From Candidatus Methylomirabilis limnetica (GTDB taxonomy: Bacteria; Methylomirabilota; Methylomirabilia; Methylomirabilales; Methylomirabilaceae), in assembly GCF_003044035.1 (NCBI RefSeq), contig NZ_NVQC01000008.1:30001-62000 (forward strand): DNA of 32,000 nt, read 5' to 3'. Shown here in pieces: positions 24,008 to 31,209 of the stretch. Below the pieces are notes generated by a model that was given only the letters and a program-made list of their open reading frames with translations, made no database searches and had not been told where the DNA came from. The translations under genes and the position numbers were made by a program. How positions within the stretch are numbered: the stretch's first letter is position 1; every line of letters begins with the position of its first letter.

Positions 24008-25608
24008 CGCGACCGCCTCCGCCCGAGGACTACCGATGTCCCGGAGATCAGGAACAGGGCCGGTACCACGACGACCAGTAGCCAGAAGGCCATCCGTCCT
24101 TGCATCGCACTCAAGATGATGGGGGTGCTCTTCGCCTCCCTGGGCCGGATGGAGATCATCTCCTCCTCCTCGGCCAACCAACTGATGCTGTTCAGGAAGA
24201 GATCACGGTTTCCGGAGAAGTTCAGAAAGTTGTTGCTGGCAAAGGCGGAGTTGCCGTACACCACCAACCTGGCCTCTCCTGGTTGCTTTTGCGTCTGCCC
24301 CTCGTTGGCCCCTTGCGCTGTGGCTGCCGCCTTCTCAACATCGGATCCTGGCGCCGTTGCCGGCTTCACCTGCACCGTGGCGACGACGCCGATCGGGACC
24401 GGTCCCTGTCGGTCCTGCCCTTTCTCAAAGCTGAGCTGGCCGCGATTCAGCTCGCCTTTGTCGGTCTCGGCCCAGCTCCCCGGCCCCGTCTCCCCGAGCG
24501 TTTGAACCGTCACCCCCTGCGGCGATGGTTTCGCAACGTCAACCGAGCTCGCAAACGGAAAAATGGAGGCGAGGGTAAAATCCCGGGTAATCGCGTGCGG
24601 GAAGTAGGTTGAGACCACGGGCAGCAAGTAATCGCCACCCATGACGCGAGCGTTCTGATCCACAATCACATCGTCGCCGATCGTGATGCCGTATCGACCG
24701 ATGAACGTCTTGAGGCTCGGCGCCGTAAACGGATCGAGCTGGATGAGCAGCTTTCCGCCTCGCTCGACAAACGCCTGCAGGGCCTGCAGCTCCGATTCAG
24801 CCAGGTCGCGCTTCGGCCCGCTGATGACCAGCATCGAGGCGTCCTGCGGAACCTCTCGCTCGCGAAGCAGCAACAGCTCCTTGACATGGTAGTTGGCCTT
24901 CTCGATGGCTTCTTTGGCCTGCCGGTAGCCGTTCCGCGACCCGTCCTCCAGCGCGTTCTCGCCGTGCCCCTTCAGGAAATAGATCGTCTGCTTACCCTCG
25001 CGGAGCAGCCTGACCAGCCCATTCGTCAGGGGCTCCTCGGACACATCAGTGATCTTCTCCTCCTTATCCTTGGTCTCTAAGATGGTGGTGCCATAGGTGG
25101 CGATGCCGTACCGCTTCGCCCGGCCGGGGTTCCTGTCTGGATCGACCACCTCGAAGCGAAACCGTTGCGAGAGGTCGGCATACTGGCGAAGTAGGTTTTC
25201 CGCGGGCCGGCGCTCCGCCTGGTCAGCTCTGAAGAAGGCCGTGACCTGGACATCCTTGGCCAGTCCGCTGACCACCTTCCTGGTCTGATCGGCGAGGGTG
25301 TACCGCTTCCCTGCGGTCAGATCGAACCGCGTGTTATGCTTAGCCGAGATGACCTCTATCAGACCGATGATCCCCAATACCAGCATCGTCATCAGGACGA
25401 CGTTCAGTCCGGTGATCGTGGAGCGACGGTTCAGCCAGGCCATGATCTCGCCAAAGGCACGATACACGCCGGCAAGGATAAGGATCGCCCCGAGCAGGAG
25501 GAGGCTTCCCATCCACGCCTTCAGGTCCGGTCGGATGTTGTAGCCAATCCCGCTAGCGACAAGGAGGATGAGACCGGCCGGTGCGACGAAGCGAGCGAGT
25601 TTTTCCAT
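24004..25608 (-). CDS. GldG-like ABC transport system auxiliary protein
   Basis: The start is placed at ATG 25608, 2 nt after the permease stop. It has N- and C-terminal TM segments flanking a large periplasmic domain (YTLADQTRKVVSGLAKDVQVTAFF...). The ORF-track extension to 25947 overlaps the permease gene. Confidence 0.8.
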   Translation of the reverse strand: MEKLARFVAPAGLILLVASGIGYNIRPDLKAWMGSLLLLGAILILAGVYRAFGEIMAWLNRRSTITGLNVVLMTMLVLGIIGLIEVISAKHNTRFDLTAGKRYTLADQTRKVVSGLAKDVQVTAFFRADQAERRPAENLLRQYADLSQRFRFEVVDPDRNPGRAKRYGIATYGTTILETKDKEEKITDVSEEPLTNGLVRLLREGKQTIYFLKGHGENALEDGSRNGYRQAKEAIEKANYHVKELLLLREREVPQDASMLVISGPKRDLAESELQALQAFVERGGKLLIQLDPFTAPSLKTFIGRYGITIGDDVIVDQNARVMGGDYLLPVVSTYFPHAITRDFTLASIFPFASSVDVAKPSPQGVTVQTLGETGPGSWAETDKGELNRGQLSFEKGQDRQGPVPIGVVATVQVKPATAPGSDVEKAAATAQGANEGQTQKQPGEARLVVYGNSAFASNNFLNFSGNRDLFLNSISWLAEEEEMISIRPREAKSTPIILSAMQGRMAFWLLVVVVPALFLISGTSVVLGRRRSR

Positions 25609-25610
25609 GG

Positions 25611-26378
25611 TTAGCCCCTCCACCGCTTCGATTCCAGGGACCGCAGTGTCAGGAAGAGGCACAGGAGCGTGAAATTGAGGTAGTAGATCACATCCCTGCT
25701 CTCGATGGTGCCCTTGGCGAAGCTGTCGTAATGGTTGATGATGGAGAGGTGCGAGAGGATCGGGCCGAGCGTGGGCCCGGCCGCCTCGGCGGACCAGCCT
25801 ATGACCCAAAGCAACAGGAGGATGCCAAAGGAACCGACCGCGGCGACGACCTGGTTTTCGGTGAGGGCGGAGGCCAGAATCCCGAGTCCCAGGAAGGCCA
25901 TACCGAGCAGCAGGAGACCAATGTAGCCGGTCAGAATAAGCCCCCATTCCAGCGCGGCGAAGGACCCCAGCAACGCGATATCCAGCAGGCTGATCCCGAG
26001 CATTGCCGAGTACAGTGCGAGTGCCGCCAGGAATTTACCCAACAGGAGCTCCCAGTCCTTGATCGGGTACGTGAAGAGCAGCTCGATGGTCCCAGTCTTC
26101 TTTTCTTCCGAGAATAGGCGCATGGTGGCCGCCGGCATCAGGAGCAGCATCGTGATGGCGATGTCGCGAAATAGCGGGCGAACGATCCATTCAGAGACGT
26201 TCAGGTCTCGACCGAAACCGGGGTTCGTAGCGGCCTGCAAGCTGTTGAGCGAGAAAAAGGTAAGTAGGCTATAGAAAAAAAACCCCGAGATGAGCGCGAA
26301 GATGGTCAGGACCACGTAGGCGATCGGCGACGCGAAGTAGGCGCGAAACTCCTTCTTGAAGATCGCCAGGACGTTCAT
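25611..26378 (-). CDS. ABC-2 type transporter permease (GldF-like)
   Basis: 255-aa polytopic membrane protein with six hydrophobic segments. It overlaps the ATPase gene stop by 4 nt. Confidence 0.85.
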   Translation of the reverse strand: MNVLAIFKKEFRAYFASPIAYVVLTIFALISGFFFYSLLTFFSLNSLQAATNPGFGRDLNVSEWIVRPLFRDIAITMLLLMPAATMRLFSEEKKTGTIELLFTYPIKDWELLLGKFLAALALYSAMLGISLLDIALLGSFAALEWGLILTGYIGLLLLGMAFLGLGILASALTENQVVAAVGSFGILLLLWVIGWSAEAAGPTLGPILSHLSIINHYDSFAKGTIESRDVIYYLNFTLLCLFLTLRSLESKRWRG

Positions 26379-27355
26379 GCCTGCACCTCATGCGTTTCTT
26401 TGGTTACCAGGCGGACGAAGATCTCCTCCAAGCTCATGTCGGCGGGACGGAGCTCCAGCAGCCCCCATCCGCGCTCAACGATCAGACGCGACACCTCGCG
26501 TCGCAGGTCACAATTCCGTTCCGACTCTACGACGAAGCTCTTGGCGATCTCGCCTGCCTGTGCATCGCACGCAGACGGGTGCGTCTCATCCTCCGCCACG
26601 ACCCGCAGCACGCCTGGAAGATGTGTCAGGGCTACGCCGACCTGGTCCACTGGCCCCTCGACCCTGATGCGCAGTTTGGTGGAACTCTGAAGCCCGGCCG
26701 TGAGGTTCTCCGGGGTGTCAACCGCTACGACCTGTCCATTATTGAGGATAATCACCCGATGGCAGATCATGCTGACCTCGGGCAGGATGTGAGTGGAGAG
26801 GATAATCGTGCTTTGGCCTGCCAGCGCCTTGATGAGCTGTCTGATCTCGATGATCTGCTTCGGGTCGAGCCCGATGGTTGGCTCGTCCAGGATCAGCACC
26901 TCAGGATCGTTAAGTAGCGCCTGAGCGATGCCGACCCGCTGCCGATAGCCGCGCGAGAGCGCCCCGATCAGCGTTCGCCGCACCTCGGCAAGCCCACACT
27001 TTTCCATGACCTCGCCGATCTTGTGCCGTCGGTTCACACGTTCTACGCCTTTGACTTCGGCCACGAACTCCAGGTAGTTGGTCACCTTCATGTCGGTGTA
27101 GAGCGGCACGTTCTCCGGCAGGTAGCCGATTCGTCGCCGAACCTGAAGCGACTCGGTCAGGACGTCGTAGCCGGCGACGCGCGCCGTCCCGCTGCTGGGC
27201 GGCAGGAAGCCGGTCAAGATCCGCATCGTGGTGGTCTTGCCGGCGCCGTTCGGCCCGAGGAACCCCACGATCTCCCCCTTCTCAACCTTGAACGATACAT
27301 CCCTAATCGCTGTATGCTTATCGTAATATTTCGTCAGCTTGTCCGCTTCGATCAT
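26375..27355 (-). CDS. ABC transporter ATP-binding protein (GldA-like)
   Basis: The start is placed at ATG 27355 (GGGGAGACGGA upstream). Walker A is GPNGAGKTT, the signature is LSRGYRQR, and Walker B is ILILDEPT. Confidence 0.92.
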   Translation of the reverse strand: MIEADKLTKYYDKHTAIRDVSFKVEKGEIVGFLGPNGAGKTTTMRILTGFLPPSSGTARVAGYDVLTESLQVRRRIGYLPENVPLYTDMKVTNYLEFVAEVKGVERVNRRHKIGEVMEKCGLAEVRRTLIGALSRGYRQRVGIAQALLNDPEVLILDEPTIGLDPKQIIEIRQLIKALAGQSTIILSTHILPEVSMICHRVIILNNGQVVAVDTPENLTAGLQSSTKLRIRVEGPVDQVGVALTHLPGVLRVVAEDETHPSACDAQAGEIAKSFVVESERNCDLRREVSRLIVERGWGLLELRPADMSLEEIFVRLVTKETHEVQA

Positions 27356-27555
27356 TCCGTCTCCCCTGTCGCTTCCCTGCCACCGGCCGGCAGCCTGAAT
27401 CCCAAAAGACCATTCGTCATTGTACACGACGGGCTTGCTCCCCGCAATGGCATCGAGACAACCAGGAGTAGCACACGTTGCTCTGTGTTCGCGTATGTGC
27501 TAACATTCATTTATGCCCTTCGAGATCGAGTACTTCCACGAGCGGGAGGTGTCAG

Positions 27556-27873
27556 ATGCCTGAGCTGAAATTCAAGCCCGTCCGCCACGGCCATAAGGAA
27601 TTCCTTGCCAAGGCGGCAATCCGCAAAGGGTTCATCGAGGCTTACGACGCCCTTGCTCTTGAGTACCAAGTTGCTAACCAAATGCTCAAAGCACGGTCCC
27701 GCGCTGGTCTGACGCAAGACGCCGTCGCGGAACGGATGGGTACGACTAAGAGTGCGGTGTCCAGACTCGAATCTGCCGGAAAGCACGCTCCGTCGCTCAC
27801 AACGCTCAAGCGGTATGCGAAGGCTGTGGGGTGTGACCTTCAAGTACGCCTTGTGCCGCAGAAGACCGCTTGA
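27556..27873 (+). CDS. XRE-family HTH DNA-binding protein (antitoxin-like, no cognate toxin adjacent)
   Basis: ATG 27556 with a GGGAGGTG SD. The C-terminal HTH reads [24 protein letters not shown]. There is an N-terminal extension of about 45 aa. Confidence 0.8.
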   Translation: MPELKFKPVRHGHKEFLAKAAIRKGFIEAYDALALEYQVANQMLKARSRAGLTQDAVAERMGTTKSAVSRLESAGKHAPSLTTLKRYAKAVGCDLQVRLVPQKTA

Positions 27874-27914
27874 CGCCTAACCTCTCGATCAGCGGTATCC
27901 CAAGGAGGCAGTCT

Positions 27915-28517
27915 ATGACGAGAATCTTGATCCTGTATTACAGCATGTATGGACATGTTGAAACAATGGCGAAGACGATAGCCGAGGGCGCTTGTTCCGT
28001 GGAGGGTGTTGAGGTCTTCATCAAACGTGTGCCGGAACTGATGCCTGAAGAGGTGGCTCGAAAAACCGGTGCAAAACTTGATCAAGAAGCCCCCATTGCA
28101 ACGGTTGATGAGTTGCCTCATTACGACGCGATTATCTTTGGTACCCCGACCCGGTTCGGGAACATGTGCGCCCAGATGCGCAATTTCCTAGATCAAACGG
28201 GGAAACATTGGGTGAGCGGTGCGCTCGTCGGCAAGGTGGGCAGTGTCTTTACCTCCACCGCAACTCAACACGGTGGACACGAGACCACCATTACTTCGTT
28301 TCACAGTACGCTGTTGCATCAGGGGATGGTGATCGTCGGTGTGCCTTACTCATGCCAAGCCCTGCTCAACATGAATGAAATTACGGGCGGCACGCCTTAC
28401 GGCGCGAGTACGCTCGCCGGAGGAGATGGCCGTCGCCAGCCGTCGGAGAACGAATTGACCATCGCGAAATTTCAAGGCGAGCATGTTGCAAATATTGCCA
28501 AAAAGCTGTCGTCCTGA
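27915..28517 (+). CDS. wrbA: NAD(P)H:quinone oxidoreductase, WrbA type (flavodoxin-like fold)
   Basis: ATG 27915 with an AAGGAGG SD. The sequence is typical of WrbA: [28 protein letters not shown], and [14 protein letters not shown]. Confidence 0.92.
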   Translation: MTRILILYYSMYGHVETMAKTIAEGACSVEGVEVFIKRVPELMPEEVARKTGAKLDQEAPIATVDELPHYDAIIFGTPTRFGNMCAQMRNFLDQTGKHWVSGALVGKVGSVFTSTATQHGGHETTITSFHSTLLHQGMVIVGVPYSCQALLNMNEITGGTPYGASTLAGGDGRRQPSENELTIAKFQGEHVANIAKKLSS

Positions 28518-28654
28518 GGAGCCCCTGGAAGCGCCTCACCACACGGCGACCGAGATCGGCTGCCAAAGCCGGCAGCGTCTGTCGGCCTACTGGTCTTGAC
28601 CGGTTAGGCAGCGTCAAAGAATAACATGTACATATTCATGATCCGAACAATGCA

Positions 28655-28700
28655 CAAACCCCCTCTTTCCCCCTTTCGAAAGGGGGATGAAGGGGGTTTG
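28655..28700. repeat. GC-rich palindromic repeat (PPFxKGGxGGF family) downstream of wrbA
   Basis: caaaccccct ctttccccctttcgaaaggggg atga agggggtttg. The nested inverted repeat translates in one frame as PPLSPFRKGDEGGL. It could act as a stem-loop terminator. Confidence 0.8.
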
Positions 28701-28922
28701 TTGCTTTGGTAGATGTAGATGTTAATTGTTGACGCCTCCTTAGGGTAAGTGTGGGATATTGCAGGCAAAAGTCGTCGTTGCGAAGTGGAGCCGTCTTGCG
28801 AGGTAGGCTACCGGCCTTTGTCGGTCTCTAACGCGGCTCGTGTAATAGATGGCGCGGACGCTCCGCGAGTCAATCTGCTCATCACGCTCGACGTTAATCA
28901 CGCAACACGTTATGATACGCCT

Positions 28923-29201
28923 GTGATCAAAACGTTCCAGTGCGCCGACACAGAAGCTCTCTCGAAAGGCCGGCGGGTCAAGCGGTTCGTGCGCATCGAG
29001 TCGGTCGCGCGCCGCAAGCTGCGACAGCTACAGATCGCAGACCGGCTTGAAGACCTCCGTGTGCCACCGGGCAACCGGCTGGAAGCGCTCAAGGGCGACC
29101 GCGCCAGGCAACACAGTATCCGCATGAATGATCAAATTCGGGCGTGCTTCCTCTGGACGGCTGCGGGCGCCGAGGACGTTGAGATCGTGGACTATCATTG
29201 A
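28923..29201 (+). CDS. higB: Type II toxin, HigB (RelE/ParE superfamily, killer protein)
   Basis: The conserved region starts at GTG 28923 (VIKTFQCADTEAL...PPGNRLEALKGDRARQHSIRMNDQIRACF...VEIVDYH). It is followed 12 nt later by higA, in toxin-first order. The ORF-track start at 28749 adds an unsupported 58-aa extension. Confidence 0.85.
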   Translation: MIKTFQCADTEALSKGRRVKRFVRIESVARRKLRQLQIADRLEDLRVPPGNRLEALKGDRARQHSIRMNDQIRACFLWTAAGAEDVEIVDYH

Positions 29202-29213
29202 TGGAGGGAGACC

Positions 29214-29531
29214 ATGCGTAAGCTCAAGCCCGTGACGCCCGGCGAGTTGCTGCGCGAAGAGTTTCTGATCCCGATGGGCCTCACGCAATATCGCCTCGCC
29301 AAGGAAATCGGTGTGCCCGCCCAGCGGATCGGTGACATCGTGGCAGGCAAGCGTGCCATCACGGCGGGCACCGACCTGCGCCTGTGCCGGTTCTTCGGTC
29401 TTTCCAACGGTTATTGGCTGCGGGCGCAGGCGGCCTATGACACCGAGGTGGCGGAAGAAGCCCTAGCCAAGACCCTGGCGAAGATCAGACCGTGGGTGGG
29501 AGTGCCCACTCATGCTGGTTCTATGGCCTAA
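29214..29531 (+). CDS. higA: Type II antitoxin, HigA (XRE HTH)
   Basis: The sequence is typical of HigA: PVTPGELLREEFLIPMGLTQYRLAKEIGVPAQRIGDIVAGKRAITAGTDLRLCRFFG. Confidence 0.9.
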   Translation: MRKLKPVTPGELLREEFLIPMGLTQYRLAKEIGVPAQRIGDIVAGKRAITAGTDLRLCRFFGLSNGYWLRAQAAYDTEVAEEALAKTLAKIRPWVGVPTHAGSMA

Positions 29532-29610
29532 CAGTGGCAGACTACCATTCGCTTTCTGTCCGGCGCTTCGCGTCGACCATGTTATGTCCAGTTTTTAAAG
29601 GGAGTGTGCC

Positions 29611-29796
29611 ATGCCAAACATTAAAGAGAAAATGACCGAGGTGATCCAGTCGCAGCCTGAAGACGCGACCTATGAGGAAATCATGCGCGAGCTTGCCTTT
29701 GAGCGAATGATCGAGCGAGGCCTGGATGATTCACGCAGCGGGCGCGTGATATCCAATGAAGACATGGAGCGTCGGATTCGTACATGGCAGAAATAA
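29611..29796 (+). CDS. Putative antitoxin of the downstream ParE/RelE toxin
   Basis: 61-aa ORF with GGGAG upstream. It overlaps the toxin start by 13 nt. It is acidic, and its C-terminal motif is GLDDSRSGRVISNEDMERRI. The family is not firmly recognised. Confidence 0.6.
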   Translation: MPNIKEKMTEVIQSQPEDATYEEIMRELAFERMIERGLDDSRSGRVISNEDMERRIRTWQK

Positions 29797-30059
29797 GGTG
29801 GACCGAAGAAGCGCATCGCTGGCTTCGCGACATACACGATTACATCGCCGCGGATAACCCAGTTGCGACCCAGAAGGTCGTATCTGGAATCTACGAAAAG
29901 GTACAGGTGCTTCGGAGATTTCCGGAAATCGGGTACAAGTATCGCACAGAGGCAGAAGGTGAAATCAGGATTCTGCTCTATGGGCATTACCGGATTGCCT
30001 ACCTTCTGAGGTCAACCTCAGGTAATGATATGGGTGCGGTTCTTTTGCGACATTCATGA
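29784..30059 (+). CDS. Type II toxin, ParE/RelE family
   Basis: 91 aa. The ParE-like pattern is IRWTEEAHRWLRDIHDYIAADNPVATQKVVSGIYEKVQVLRRFPEIG...YRIAYLL. The C-terminal approximately 15 aa are less typical. Confidence 0.78.
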   Translation: MAEIRWTEEAHRWLRDIHDYIAADNPVATQKVVSGIYEKVQVLRRFPEIGYKYRTEAEGEIRILLYGHYRIAYLLRSTSGNDMGAVLLRHS

Positions 30060-30184
30060 ATCACTGCAATAACAGAAATTTTAAGAACTCGCTATCGATG
30101 TGAAATTACTGCGCGATGACGCGACGATTGCGGAGTTTGACGCTGTGATTGGCAAGCACCTTCAGTTCTAGCATCGCGGTTGGG

Positions 30185-30216
30185 CTTCCTGTTCGGTGCA
30201 GTGCTGCGCGAGCGTG
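30185..30216. repeat. 32-bp perfect direct repeat, copy 1 (duplicate of an internal segment of the RNB ribonuclease gene)
   Basis: cttcctgttcggtgcagtgctgcgcgagcgtg is identical to 31464-31495. It lies 15 nt downstream of the vapC stop. Confidence 0.9.
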
Positions 30217-30230
30217 CCGAGGACCAGGCT

Positions 30231-30650
30231 TTAAGCCTGAGAGATGGGCTTATGAGCCCTAGGCGAGTAGGGTGGAGTGTACAGTTTAAGGCCTGGAATG
30301 TGCTTGAAGTGTGTATCGAGGGTATACACCCGGTACCCATGTTCTATGGCAAGGGCACCGATGATAAGGTCTGACAGGGGAAGCGTGACGCCTTTCCGCC
30401 GGAGCGAAGCCGAAAACTCCCCGGCTCGCTTCCAGGTTGAGAAGCTGGTTTCCAGGTAGCTGAGACCGGAGAGATTCGAGAGGATCGTATCGGCATCCTC
30501 AGAGGATCGGCACCCCTGGAGTAGTTCGGCCAGCACCACGCCCACGAGAACTACCTGTTCAGTGCGGATCAGGGTCCGCAGTGCCGCCCGAGCCGGCTCG
30601 TTGCCCCCTTTGAAGTATTCGATCCAGAGAGATGTATCAGCGATGACCAC
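30231..30650 (-). CDS. vapC: Type II toxin VapC (PIN-domain ribonuclease)
   Basis: 139 aa with PIN acidic residues in context (VIADTSLWIEY..., LAELLQG, SDLIIGALAIEHG, YTLDTHF). It overlaps vapB by 14 nt. Confidence 0.9.
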   Translation of the reverse strand: MVIADTSLWIEYFKGGNEPARAALRTLIRTEQVVLVGVVLAELLQGCRSSEDADTILSNLSGLSYLETSFSTWKRAGEFSASLRRKGVTLPLSDLIIGALAIEHGYRVYTLDTHFKHIPGLKLYTPPYSPRAHKPISQA

Positions 30651-30876
30651 GCCAGCGTCCCTCGCGTTCTGCCTGGGCCTTCAGTTCCTGTTCTTCCAGC
30701 TTGCGCCAATCGAGGTCCAGGTGGATCTTGCCCTCCAAAGCGAGCAACCCCTCGATCTTCTTTCTTCGAAGAAACTCAGAGATTGCCAGGTGGATGGCCT
30801 CCCTCTTCCGCTTGACCCCTGACACGTGCATTAATTCTTTGATTAGCTCGTCATCTAGATTGATAGTGGTGCGCAT
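30637..30876 (-). CDS. vapB: Type II antitoxin VapB
   Basis: The start is placed at ATG 30876 (AAGGAGGTG SD). The sequence MRTTINLDDELIKELMHVSGVKRKREAIHLAISEFLRR is typical of VapB-type antitoxins. Confidence 0.85.
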   Translation of the reverse strand: MRTTINLDDELIKELMHVSGVKRKREAIHLAISEFLRRKKIEGLLALEGKIHLDLDWRKLEEQELKAQAEREGRWRGHR

Positions 30877-31209
30877 TGCAAGCACCTCCTTATGATGCCT
30901 ATCATATATGCCTTTAGACAGTGCTGTCAAGGGAATCGAGTGGGCGACAGCCTGTGGCGCTTAGCGCAACGGTGAGTGTGCGATCCCCGGATGACAATTC
31001 GCGATCATCGGTCGACTCGTTCGATCCTGACGGCGTAGACCTTGTACTCGGGGATCTTCGAGAGGGGGTGGAGGGCCGAGTTGGTCAGAATGTTGGCTAC
31101 CGACCCGGCAAGTGTTACGAAAGAGACAACAACCCCTGCTACTCGTACGGCGTCGGTCATCTGGACGTATGCGGTCAGTTCTCCTCTGGCGTCCAGTTTG
31201 TGGCCATCG

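Noticed and set aside
28559-28576. Hairpin GCTGCC-aaagcc-GGCAGC downstream of wrbA, considered as a terminator.
   Set aside because: The stem is short and no T-run follows. This is not convincing.
30085-30171. Short plus-strand reading frame (ELAIDVKLLRDDATIAEFDAVIGKHLQF-stop) that looks like the C-terminal tail of a protein, between the ParE toxin gene and the 32-bp repeat.
   Set aside because: It has only about 28 codons after an in-frame stop, with no start context. It is possibly a gene relic, but I cannot identify the family.
31005-31160. 51-aa ORF (MTDAVRVAGVVVSFVTLAGSVANILTNSALHPLSKIPEYKVYAVRIERVDR) in the 333-bp gap between the ribonuclease stop and vapB.
   Set aside because: It is hydrophobic enough to be a small membrane protein, but I see no SD and recognise no family. 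It cannot be supported from sequence alone.
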